From: Hyphochytrium catenoides
Taxonomy: Eukaryota; Protista; Hyphochytriomycota
Length of the DNA: 64,000 bases
Assembly: GCA_900088475.1 (NCBI GenBank)
Contig: FLMG01001623.1
Coordinates: 1-64,000, forward strand
Direction of reading: 5' to 3'
Below the pieces are notes generated by a model. That model was not told the origin of the DNA. It saw nothing but the letters and a program-made list of their open reading frames with translations, and did no database searches. The position numbers and the translations under genes are program-made. Positions 49,009 through 61,320 of the stretch are shown here, piece after piece. Position 1 is the stretch's first letter; each line of letters begins with the position of its first letter.

Positions 49009-50906
49009 TGTTCCGGCAAAGATGGGGTCTTGGAGTCTCTACTAATAGAGTACTTGTCTGAGCTCTATAAAAGCGCTTTCTAGCTTTGAGCTCGTGAGTA
49101 TATGGGCTCGGGGAAAAGTGGGAATGTTGTCCATGCTGCTTCAGAAGCTGAACCAGTGGAACTATACCCTTCTCCCTCTCGGTCTTAACCTGGGGCTGTC
49201 CCTTTCCCTTGTTCCCTGATGGCCCAAAAGATCTCCTTGACGATCCAGAGCCCGTCCGCCCTCCGCTAAAGCCCTGATCCTGGTTGCCCTCGCACCATCC
49301 TCCCTCCCACCGCTCTCTCAAGCAGCACACAGACAGTTGACAGATGTGCCGTTACGGATCAGTCTGGTGCGTTCCTTTAGTCAATCACCTGGACATCCTC
49401 CCTGTCCCCCCACAGAAATTGCCGTTAGCGGTATTAGACTTTACATAGATTACCGGAGGTTGACATGGAGTGAAAATATCGTTAACGGTGACCCAAAATG
49501 TGGGTACAATATTTGTCAACGGCTCTGTAAAATAACGGCAAGAATGGTAAGAATGTGAAGAAAGGGTAGGATCGTATGCAATACTCCTTTCGACGGACCT
49601 CTCCAGTCATTGGACTTTGGTCTTGGTGATCGCATTTTTGACTTCACTCTGTCTCCTTCAAAGGGTCACTCTGTCTCTCGACTAGACAGTGTTATCTCCA
49701 TCTTCACGCTTTCTCTCCCATCTAAATGGTCTCTCTCTCCCCCATGGCCAGTGTTCGAAAGGACAGACACCCTTTGGGTGGGTTCTGACGTTCAGAACAT
49801 CTGACTCTGAAACGACCCAAGCACGGCACTAACTTTGGACAGTAGACGGCTAAACTCGGGCATATAGCAGACATATCTCAGCTGATTTGGACACAAGTAC
49901 TCACTACTTTCGGAGGGAGCGACGTCTATCCCACACCGTGATGAGGCGGCGTCAGAGATTGCACTGCTTGCGCTGCCCTTTGCCTTTCGCAGAGGCGGAC
50001 AGGCAAGTAGGGACAGCGATGAAGCTCCTGATGAAAGGAGGGAAGATCCGATAGATGCGACTGATCGTTAGACGTTGTTCTTGAGATGTGCCGTCATAGC
50101 TGTACAGGTGGTTCATCAACGTCGTCTCTTATGTTGATTGATTGACACGCTCGCCATGTCTGCGAGCTGTTGTTTGTCGAAGGGTAACTCGCAGGGCCCG
50201 CCAGGAGAGAAGGTAGTTCGCATAGCTCTCAAAGAGCTGCCTATGACGGCGACCTCTTTACATTGATCAGTGTTTGATGACTAAAGTTGAGGGCGATAGG
50301 CAGCAGCATTTTGTAAGGCGCTCAAAGCAGATCGAATAGTGGTTGCGGAAACTTGCCTTTGGTTTGAAAGAGTGGAATATGGCAGAGGGAGGTTCCATGT
50401 TAGAGTCTAAAGCGGGAAGCTCCCTTCAGCGGTGCAGGTACAAATCGCGAGAACATCTATCCCGAACATTGGCGTTCGCAGATCTGCAAAGGATCTCCGA
50501 CAGATCCTTTCTCTTATTTGTGTTTGTCAACACCAACATTCCTCATTCAGTGCACACCTATCCGTTCAGTCCTGCTCTGAGGTCTATCGACAGCGTGGCC
50601 TTACCTTGCGCTGGACTGATGGGCCTTATGTTCGACTGAGTGGCTCCTGGTAGGGGTATCTCTGAATCTGTACTGCGCAGTTCGGCTGAGAGATAAGTGC
50701 TAAGAAAGAAGTCGCATGTGGTTAAGAGGTCAGAAGATGCGAATGAAGCAGTTCATAGTAACCTCTCGAAATAAAGAAAGCAAATTTATTGATATAGACA
50801 GCGCCAGGGCTGGCAGCGTACAAGCTCTCCTTCCCTTTCTCTCTCCCCTAAAAAGTTGCCGCTTCCTTCCTCTGTGTAGCATAGCTCTTCTATCCTCTCA
50901 TGCTCT

Positions 50907-53900
50907 CTATAACACGAAGGACTCACAGTGAAGGTGAACAACAACCTTTTGCAGCCGTAGGCCATGAACTGCCTGCTGAGCCTGACTAACCCAAAGATCT
51001 GGTCCACTCGTCACTAAGGCGATACTCGACATTCTGTCTGGACGTGACGAGGCCAGTTGAATGGCATATTCTTGCACTAATGCAGGTATGTCAGGTCTGC
51101 CAATAAACACTTGCAGCGGGGCTGGCATCTTCAGCATTTCTCTAATATCCTCTGGGTCTCTTCCGGTGAAGAAGATCTGCACCTCTTTCCTATAGATGGT
51201 ATATAAGTCCACCGTGGACTTGAGCGTCTCTTGGAACTCTAAAGCCATTGACGAGCTAGCTGTGGCCCAGCAAAGGATAAGCTTCTGATCCGCACCTGCT
51301 CTATCGGCAAACAAGCTAAGCATAGGCGTCACTCCAATACCTGCACCCATAAAAAGCACCAGATCATAGCGGTGGAGCTGTAGACTGGGGTTGCCATAGG
51401 GTCCAGACACGTAAATCTGTTTATCCTTCAGCATGCCACTGCGAGCCAGGAGGTACATCTTCGCCGTAAAGTTGTTCCTTGAGCTCTCCTTCATCAGAAT
51501 AGTGAACTCGCAGGAGTCGCCCTTCTTCTTCTCTTTGTTCCGCTTCGCAGACAGCTTCATATCATCGTGTTGCGGTGACATGGTGGGCGCACCTCGGGCC
51601 TGCATGACGGTGCCGGGCTTTTTAATGGGCTCCATATCATCGCCCTCTCCGTTAGAGTTGTTTGCTAACTCCATGAAGTCTGGAGGGCCTATCGGGTTGA
51701 TACTAAAGGCCCTACGCTCTGGTTCTGCATTTCTACATTCGTCCATATAGTAGTCAGCGCCCGACGGTGAGGTATTGTTAGGAGTGCCTTTTGGAACCAC
51801 CATCTGCGGTGAGGCTGTATCTGCTCCTGTTTCTCTCCTTCGCCTCAGTTTAGGAAGATAAGCTCCGAATATCCTTGCTATGGGTCCTCTGTGCTTGTGG
51901 AGAGAGACGTTGACCGCTCGCTCCGGCACTGATACGATAGAAAAAGGATGCGGTACCAGGGAAATGGACGGTACCATGATGAAGATGTAGTCTCCTCCCT
52001 TAAATTCGAAGTTTTTCTTCTTGATGATGAGCCTGACAAAGTTACCCTCCCGGCCTCCGCCCAGGGCCTTACAGTCCACGATCTTGGCCGGCCTTGTGAG
52101 GAGATCTAGGCCCACAAGGATCCAGTCAACCAATAGGAGGACTATTGACGGAATCATCATCATCAATAGGTAGTTGTTCTTTCGGTTATGAAGGAGAGAC
52201 ATAGCCACCACCGCATAGGAGGTTAACAGGTGCGAATAGTAGAAAACGCTGAACATTAGCCTGCGGACGAGAGGCATAGAGCCGGTGACCAGCACAATGA
52301 GGAGGAAGAAGGTGATGAAGCCTGCCATCCCGCTCTGTTCAAACATCTGCCAAGTGGTGAAGATCTTGAAGCCAATGTTGGTCATTGTGGTGAAGGTGAC
52401 AATCATCGTCCCACCGTGAACCAGAGCCATGAGACCAAACACTGTTCCGAGTCCTCGATGCAGCACCAGCGCTCTCTCATAGGAAATGCCTGTAGTCCTG
52501 ACGAAGAAGCTGTACTTAGTCACCGGCAAGAGGATCAGAGACAGCGGCATGAAGCACGTCATTCCCAAAGCGCGGGCCCAAGGCACTGCTCCACCGTAAC
52601 CTAGCGGGATATCCTTGAAGAACATATAGCTCCAATAGTACCAGATGCCCAGCGTGACAAGAAAGCCAACCACAATGAGTAGCTGACCCCAAGAGACAGC
52701 CCAGAGTTGTGGCAGAAAAATTCGTAGCAAGAAACTGTTTGGGATGTTGTTCATCACGCGATGATGGTGCAGGAAGGCGCGAACTGGGCTATAGGGGTCC
52801 TTCAAATGGTTCAACGTAATTGCCCCTGCGAAGAAGAGAATAACATAGATGCCATACGCATAGGCGTGGTAAGGGAAGGGCATCTGGATCTGATGAGTCC
52901 CAGCAACGTCCACCATGAAGTCTTCTTCGATCTCTGCCGCTCTATCTACATCGTTGGTCTTGCCTCTCGTGTTGACCGTTAGAACCCGAGTTGTGGAGTT
53001 ATCGGCCAGCTCTGCAGTGACGTTGAAGTTGGCGCTGATAACGCTGATGTCATAGGCAGAACTCGGATCTAGTGACCGCAGATAGACGGACCCAGCCTGA
53101 CGAGGCACTTCAATTGTACGAGAGAACGAAGAATCCTTAGCTTTGAAGGTGATTTGAAGGGAGCAGACACATGTCTCTCGTGGCTTGGGATCCCAAGAGA
53201 GCTTGATTGCTGTCTTTCCGACGGCCGTTGTGACCTCCAACGGCTTCGGCTTGCTGAAGCGGCATGAGGGCCTTGAAGTCCGAACTGTGGGGCCTCCAGG
53301 ATGTGAGATATCATAGGTATAGTCCGGTTCATCTCCAGGGTTCCAGATGCAGCACGGATCTCCTAGCTCGTCGCCGTTCGTGAGTCCGTCAAAGTCCGAA
53401 TCCTGCAACGCAGAGTGATAAGTCCAGAGGTATAACGCAACAAAGAGAGCTAGACGAGTAGCTGCCGTGTGACATTCAATGAAGACTGTCTCTCCTTCCT
53501 TGGTGTGTAAGGGAAAGATGTATATAGATACAGAGGGAGAGACACATAGAGAGAACTTACCGCTAAACAGAGCCCAGTCGTCCACTGGTGAAAGGCGTAT
53601 GTGGCGGGTTGTCCAAGCACTTTGAACTCCGGAGGGATGATTTGTGGCAGCTGCGGGAACCCCAATTTTCTATGGACATGGGCATAGTCCTCTCCTCGTT
53701 CTTCAAGGAGAGATTGACCCTTCTCTTCCACAACCTCTCCATCTGGAAGAGACTTTTGGTTCATCTCCTGCAGTCTCCGGGCAAAGCCCATCTGTTCAGG
53801 TGTGGCATAAATGGGAATGTACCCTCCAAAAGCCAACCCAAAGAGGTTTGGAACTGTACCAGGTCCGCCTCTGCAAGTGACATGTCCAACGGCGCCGCAC

Positions 53901-54058
53901 GGCCCTCCAAAACAATCTGCCCCAGGCAAACATGGAACATTTACTGCGTTTGGGATTCTTCTCAGGTACATCCGACGCCCCTCCACGTCTCTGACCGTAA
54001 GCCATGAACAGGCAAGAGTCAGGCAGAGCAAGACCACTGCGAGTCTGTTTGAACCCAT
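50907..54058 (-). CDS. Ferric reductase-type flavocytochrome with an N-terminal secreted temptin-like domain and an FN3 domain
   Basis: Exons 54058-53561 and 53402-50907. Signal peptide; RIPNAVNV...AVGH...NLFGLAF...WTTGLCLA|DSDFDGLTNGDELGDPCCIW...ISHPG (temptin); FN3 (IKLSWDP...LDPSSAYDISVISAN). Heme His pairs HRGLG...VH and SHLL...LH; HPFSI, GPYG, GAGIGVTPMLS, SGP, CESF. Confidence 0.88.
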
Positions 54059-56461
54059 CTTGGCGGTCTCAATGACCCTAAGCGTTGTGGCGTCTCCAAT
54101 GAAGAAAGTAGCTAGAAATGGATGAGCTTTTAAAAAAAATTGAGCTAACCAATCATTAGCCTCTACAATGGTGAGCTGAACACCATGATGCCTGGTAAGA
54201 AGACACTGCCTAATCCTCAGAGTTTGCAGAACGTCAGGCAAAGGCTCAGAGATCGAAGTAAAGGAAGAAAGTGATACTAATGCAGACAGATAGCAGCCCA
54301 AACGGAGACCGCGTATATGTTATGCACACAATTGAACGAGAGTTTTTTCCAAGCAGCAGAAAAGTGTTTGAGAGGTACGAAAGGTTGATAGCAATGTGTC
54401 CTGAAGCTCAATGCGCCAGGGATGGTTGCCGCCGAGATAGTTGCTACCGCAGTGCTGAGATGATACCAATGATGGTTTTTATGTAAGGAAACTGTGTAAC
54501 ATGTCTGTACTTAGAAAACCCTTCCAGCGCAGCTGCAGTGTGCTCAGGCTAGAAGCGGTAGTGGCGATAGAGAGGGTATTGATAGGCAAATAATAAGCAG
54601 CCCTCGTAACATCCAAAGTGGAGCGCAACAGACCTGCTCCTTCTTCCTCCTATGGTTCTATCGCGCGTCTCATGATGATATGTCGACGGAAGACGGCTTT
54701 GTTGGTAAGACAAGCATTTCCTAGTAGCAAAAGTTAACAGGAGAGAAAGGGGAGGAGGAGTATCTTCTCAGCATCTAAAAGTTCTCGAGGTAGCAGCAGG
54801 GTCATCGTTCTATCGTGGTGAAGTTCCCTTTCATATCTTCCCGTTCATCCCAGGTCGTTCTACCCTCTAAAAACATAACAGAGCCCTAAACAGCTCTTCC
54901 AGTGAGACAGGCGCACCAGCACATCTGAGACACCTGGGATTTTGGGTCAGGACCGAGGTCGAGGGAGGCTCAACCTCGTGCTCAAGGATGCCACAAAAGC
55001 GAAGGTTTGGTCAAGGCAAGGGGCAAATGAAGAACAACAGAATCAAAGAGCCTGTCGACAAACTGACATTCTTCTGGGCTTCACTTCCTTTTCCCCTATC
55101 GCAGCTTGTGAATCAGGGCGGACGGGCCATTCGGTTCTGGTGCACCAGCATTAGTTGGAGCTAAAACGGTAGTGCTGAGCTCCTCATTATTTAGTTGGGT
55201 TGAACAGCCCTAAGAACGTGCCCCTGAAGCCTAACAACGCCTTGCTACTCTACGTCAGCTTTCTAAAGAATGACAAAATTTATTATAGGAGGTGTTTTCA
55301 CAAGGGAAGACGATGGCAAAGGACTGAGACGGGTGGGAGCTTGAGAACAGAGAAATCATCAGGCCTGANNNNNNNNNNNNNNNNNNNNNNNNNNNNNNNN
55401 NNNNNNNNNNNNNNNNNNNNNNNNNNNNNNCTCCTCTTTTCCTTTTCGTTTCATGGTCAATCCTAGCTTGTACCTTTGGTCTCCCATACCTCTGCAAATA
55501 ATAAGTCTACTCTACCTTCTTCTAGTACTCACTATCTCTCCTCTGCTATGTTGAACTTTCGAACGACCTACTACGTGCAGCTTCACGATGTGTCTGAGCA
55601 GCTGTCTGAGGTTCAGGAGACCACATCTCAGGGCAGCACAAGCTCGGTTTTCATAAATCATAGAAGGAGGAACGGTGGGTTTGGTATGGGCGGCCGCTTC
55701 GAGAAAGAACGATGTGGTGCTGCCCCACCAGCAAGTGATAGCGCTTCTCTTCGATCGTGCCTCCCGGTGAGCCCCATCATGCTCTCCCGAAGGGATGTCC
55801 TACTAGAACATGTCTAGGTAGCGGGTAAACAACTACTAGGTGGGAGAACCTGGGTTTTGTCGAGGTTCTGGTAAGAAAAATCTTTTCTTCTAGGCAGCTC
55901 TGGGCAACATCACCGTAGGCTGCGAGGACGAGATGAGGACAGGGTGCACTGCTGATGGTGAACAAGGGGCCCCGCTACTACGAAAGGAAGTAGTCTTGAT
56001 TTTGGGGCAATTAGGTTTCCGGTGCAGAGAATCCCCAGCTCTCAGATCAACCGAGCAAATCAAAGAAACAGACCGACCATGGGAGATGTTGGCATAGCTA
56101 CTAAGAAGTAGAACTATATGGATAGAGACGTCTCTTAACGTAATCTTGGCAGCCCTGCAGCAGGAATGGGGATATTGAGGGCACATGCCCCCCAAATATT
56201 GCCTGAGCTGTCGAGCCCAGATGCGACAATCTGCTGATCAGCTGAACTGCAACGAAGGCGTGCATTCACTACTTTACGAACTATTGGGCATTAACTCTGC
56301 CCTTTCTCCTGATAATACTAAGGTTGCATTCGTTAATCTTCAACACATAGAAGATGATTATATCCCTTCAGCTCCCCAGGGTACTATGACAACCTTTGCT
56401 TTGTACTACTTTGTACTATAAGAACTACTCGGGGTACTCATCAGCTCCACGTCGCTGACAG

Positions 56462-58479
56462 CTAAAGCTGCTCTGGGAAGCACGAACCAATCTTGGCCCT
56501 GTACGAAGCATTTAGGATTAAAATTTCCGTTAGTCAGCTCTTGTCTTACCAAAGGCTCGGTGGGGGTCATGGATTACCTGCTCATCTCCCTCCCGATGCG
56601 GAATATTTTGATATTGAGATAATAGTCATGGATCTGTACTGCATTATCTGTCTCCCCAAGGAAGAAGAACAGCGTGTATAGAGCCACCTCAAACTCAGGG
56701 CTGACGCCAATAAAGCTGTAGACGAGATGGATTAGCCTCGATCCAGACGGTACTAAATGATAAGACAATATGCTACCTTGTGGAGACTGGCTTCAGGTCA
56801 CGCTCCCACTCAAATTGAAGAGAAAGGACATGATCGGTAGCTTCAGGTTGTCGCCCACCGTGGCTCTGTGGTACTGATTAGCCAAATTTAAGTTGCTATT
56901 CCAGCGCTTGACTTACCCTTCTAGGGAGAATAAAGCCACGATAGTCGAAGCGCCCTTTCTTCTCCTCAAAATACATCTGGATCCAGTTGTGGAAGCCTAT
57001 CACTTTGCCCTAACGTACATGGGTTCAGATGGCGGGCCATCAGATTGTCATTGGGAGGCCTTACATCGCGCTCCTCTCCTACGAAGACGTGCTCGAAGCC
57101 TGAGGAGTCATCTTGCACCTCTCTGCGATAGAGGTGGAACCTGAGTAGCAGTTCGATGTGTTATGAAGTGTACGAAGTCGGGGATAGAGGTAGAGATATT
57201 TTAAACTGGGTAGCGCGAGAGAGCAGCATTAGGGGTAAAGAAGAACTACGGATGAAGCAAATCTTTTTTTTTTCACCCTACCACTTCTTATGGAGCTCTT
57301 GCTTGAAGTCAGCCATCGAGCCCTGGAAGGCACGCCGTGCTACTAGATATCTACGAACGCGAATTGTGAGGACCGACCCTATGCTGGCTAACACCTGCGT
57401 CTTTACTTGGCAGTCAAGCACGGGAATAGAATTGAGAGATGCAGATAGAGAATGGTTCAATTAATGGAAGGGTAAGAAAGTGGAGGTATAAGGAGGAGTT
57501 CTCCCCCAAAGGGGGAAGCGTGATGGCTGGCAACCTATATGTGTATTGCAGGCAAGGAGTCTGCAATATGGCATCCAAGAAGTCAGAAGTCTCCTTCTTC
57601 TCTTCCATCGTCACGTATTCTGCTGTACCTGCCTGCAGCAATCAGACAGTCAATTGCGAGAAGTAGTGTCTAGCCTGGTGTGACAAATGGCCTACCGCCT
57701 TTTGATAGTTATCGAGAAGCGCGATGAACTTCGCGTATGTTGGACGCCGGAGCGCCTATTGAGACCAGCATTAACAATACTTTCAAAAAGCAGCAGAAGA
57801 GGACAAAGTTGCTGGTGGACCTCGTCTCGAACGTAGCGAAACAGCGGGTGGCGAGCTTCATCCCCTCTCTCGTGTACCCTCTTTCCTCCTTGAAGATCAA
57901 GTTCATAATCCCTTCCGGGTTGGCATCTAATGAACAGGGACGGTGCGAGTCAGACCTCTGACCCTGACCATTAACTCAGAGAGACAGGAAGATAAGAGAG
58001 AGAGACACGGAACTCTGTCTGACCTGTTCACATCAATGTCCCATAGCTTCTGGGCTGCGGCGCTCAGGTCTCTCAGCTCCCGATCTGTGGAGAGGCGTAA
58101 GCCCACCGGTATTGTTACAAAGTCCTTGACAGGACAAACCTGTGGGCTCGATACTTGGTCTCGCCATTCCTTCTTTTTGTGTCAAGTCCCAGTGATCGCC
58201 GTCTGCAAGGCACACACATCGCTTGTCAGGGGAAAGAGGCCACACGGAATGCCCCAATGAGTCAGCAACTCTACCTGGGTGAGGACTAAAGTTCTGCCTG
58301 AGTAACTGAAGGCAAAGAGGAAGAAGGTACAATGAGAGCACGGCAAGTATGAAGCCGATGGCCAAGTGTCTAACTCCTGCCACAGTCTCTACTCGTCTCT
58401 CTCTTATGTCAGGCTGCTTTGCTACCCTTCCTAATGCCGTTCTTTTGCCCTCCGAAGCCTGATGCCCGGAGTCTACCAT
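56462..58479 (-). CDS. ENDOU: EndoU/XendoU family uridylate-specific endoribonuclease (multi-exon; start at 58479 or 58167)
   Basis: ELRDLSAAAQKLWDIDVNR; PTYAKFIALLDNY; DSSGFEHVFVGE; GFHNWIQMYFEEK; LQFEWERDLKPVSTS|FIGVSPEFEVALYT; KIGSCFP. Catalytic His/His/Lys are intact. Stop TAG at 56464-56462. Confidence 0.9.
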
Positions 58480-58783
58480 CCAAGTCTATAAGAAGGTTCA
58501 CTGTGTCCTGAAAGGCAAGCAAGAGTCTACTGAAGAGAGCCAAACTGGCCAGTCGCGCAAGGCTGGGTCTAGAGTTTGGAGAGCCATATAGATGTCCAGG
58601 GCCTAGAAAGTGGCAACAAGCTGGCAGGAGGGCAAACGAAAGAAAGGTTACGATCAAAGATACGGAGCAGCACACAGCTCGGAAGGAAGAAAAGCGTTTG
58701 AGACAGAGTGAGCAAGTAGGGGAGGGAAAAGGGAAGGNNNNNNNNNNNNNNNNNNNNNNNNNNNNNNNNNNNNNNNNNNNNNN

Positions 58784-58816
<33 letters not shown>

Positions 58817-59305
58817 GCAATCTGATGACAGGAGTAGAAGCCGTTAACGTCGAGTAGGTCACGTAACGTCTCCTTTTTCCTTTGTTCGACAGACATAGAG
58901 ACAGATCAGACATTATTAGCGGGCTCGATCAGGTGGAAAGTAGTGAGATCCACCGCTCCCAGCAGTGCATAGCATTGGATACTACTGGCGGATCTTTGAC
59001 AGGCCCTAGCCTCAAGAGGAGAAGAACATATGTTTCACACAAGCAGATGTATTACGAATGATGTCTAGCCACAGTCTACTCTTGCGTGTTCTGGGATAGC
59101 CGCTCAACGCAGCTGCAGTCATTGCACGGTTGGTTCGAAGCTGCCGTCCCTAGGCCTCCTTACACTTCCAAGTTAGGAGCTAGCATCCCTTCTTGGTTGG
59201 CGCTCAAAAAGAAGTAAGCCTTATCTTTGTATGAACTCCTCAATAGATGATTCAACTGAGCCACCAATGGTTTGAGCAAGGGCTAGATTAGCAGGCCCAA
59301 TGTGC

Positions 59306-61320
59306 TTACAACTGGGGAGGGTTTTCCATGGTGTCCGCACGAGCGAAAGGTAGAAATAGAGTGATACTGATCCTGTTCACAACCCTTCCTCTCAGATGGC
59401 CTTTACTGAACTGGGGACAAGACGTCTATGTACTGGCTATCCAGGACCTTGTCCTTGCTCGTGCCAGCATGGAAGCTAGCGCATCTTGGAACTTGCTCGG
59501 AGATGTGACAGTAATCTGTATGTCGCTAATCCTAAATGAGCTGCGAGACATAAGAAAAGCCTTTAAGTCGCAGGATCTTCAGTGGATAAGGAACACCGTC
59601 ATTCTTACTCTAATAAGCACCGGTCATCGACTTGTTCATCTAAGCTTTCTCGATTCTTTGATCTTGCGAGCTCCGCCTCAGTAGCTGATATCCGAGCGCC
59701 CTGTTTCCCATCCCGCAACTGATGACAGATTGAGCGTAACACGGCTTCATCATCGCCTGAGGCAGACACGAATGTTAGAAGCTAGCACCTATTATTTCCT
59801 TTCTCGCTTCATACCGCAGATCACCACGAAGCCGGGCAGCGTTGAGCAGCTAAGGAAATCTAGTCGAGTCTGAACGTCGCTCACACTTGAGGCCAAGGAG
59901 ATATTGAAGCAGGTAGGCGACATTTCTGCCTCTTCTAGGCGAGTTAGAGTCACCTCAGCGCTTCGCTTCTTTCATAGCAGTTAGATTCCGGGAATGAGTA
60001 GATACTTTGACGCTTGGCTCACCATCAACGACAAAATGCTTCTGCTACCGCCAATAAATAATAAAGATACACTCAACATTTTCCCGGATGTCCCTGTTTA
60101 GCGCCTATCATTCAGTTCAAGATGCAATAAACGTAGTAACGACGTGCATCGCCTTACCATTCAGTTGTTCCGGTTCAGTTAATGTCGGACTGCTACGCCC
60201 GTCGCGTTCTAAGGAGCCATCTTGTAGCGTGTATGCAGGTAGGTAATATTCCGTCCCGTCTGACGCGGTCCTCCGCAGAGCATCATTCTTCTTTGTATTG
60301 AGTACATCCCCAAGTGACGTGTACCTGTGGCCAGATGCGGTTAAGGAGCGCTTCCTTTTTCTATCTTGCTGTGTAAGTTACCTACCCTTGGTCATACAGG
60401 GAAGGATAGTCTAGTCCGCAGCCACGCAGAAAGGTCCACACGTGAGGGTACTCCCACTGGAGAATGGGATTCACTCTCATTAGCGGAGGCCATCCTGGGG
60501 TGCTAGGGCAGAAGAACTGCATCTTGTCTAAACGTGGACTACTATTATCTCGGGAACTAGTTGAACGAGAGACGAGAGACGCACCTGAGTGAGGATCACC
60601 CTTCCGGACACCCATGAACACTGACTTGATGCTTCGCTTCTCGATCATGTGACGCAGGCCGTCCTCATATTTGCATGTGTATGTGTTCCCGCATAGTTTG
60701 TACCTGAGGCAGCAGGCAGTGCTTTCTTAGGGGCTGATGACTGCTGGCACGATACAAACTATAGAACCTGCTGCAGATCTGCTTCATAAACTCATCAATC
60801 TCAGGAAACTGGTTCTCGTGATGGAAGTATATTATCGGAATGGATCTGAACTTGATGATAGCGTCCTCGTAGACTCTTGAGCTCTGTTCTGACGTTCCCT
60901 CACTTCCTAATTCTGAAAGAGTGATAAGTATTGCTGGGAAGAGATACACATTATGGAGTCTAATAGTGCACCTTGCTTAATGGCCATCTGACAATGCCTT
61001 AAGACTCCAAGTCGCACAATGTGTAGAAGTACGGTTGCGTCCTGAAAGCAGCGATATTCAAATGACGTGCGAGCCCTTTGTGGCTCCGGCAAACAACCTA
61101 CCTTGCCACCGTTGAAGCTTATGGCACATGTATTGGGATCATACAAGGCAAGACACCGTTCAACAGTGTATAGGGCTTGTTCTAATACCTGCTGGAATGA
61201 TTCATCACTATCCTGAAGAGCCTGTGACAATTTCTCAAGTTCAACGAGCTCATCAATGTCTTTTTCAGTTGGTGTTGCCTCTGATGCCGCCAGGTCGGCA
61301 ACGGCGCATGAGGCCTGCAT
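59306..61320 (-). CDS. FLAD1: FAD synthetase (PAPS reductase family FMN adenylyltransferase); core about 60160-61320, C-terminal extension tentative
   Basis: AISFNGGK|DATVLLH, FPEIDEFM, VFMGVRKGDPH, PGWPPLMRVNPILQWEYPHVWTFL, YPSLYDQG|YTSLG, YLPAYTL...ERDGR. Further GT-AG exons can be chained to a TAA at 59308-59306, with one uncertain junction. Confidence 0.82.

Noticed and set aside
53403-53585. N-terminus of the 892-aa ORF (MDDWALF...)
   Set aside because: Mostly intron read-through; splicing restores the temptin motif and the signal peptide.
54500-56400. Short ORFs around the N gap
   Set aside because: No motifs or coherent exon chain found.
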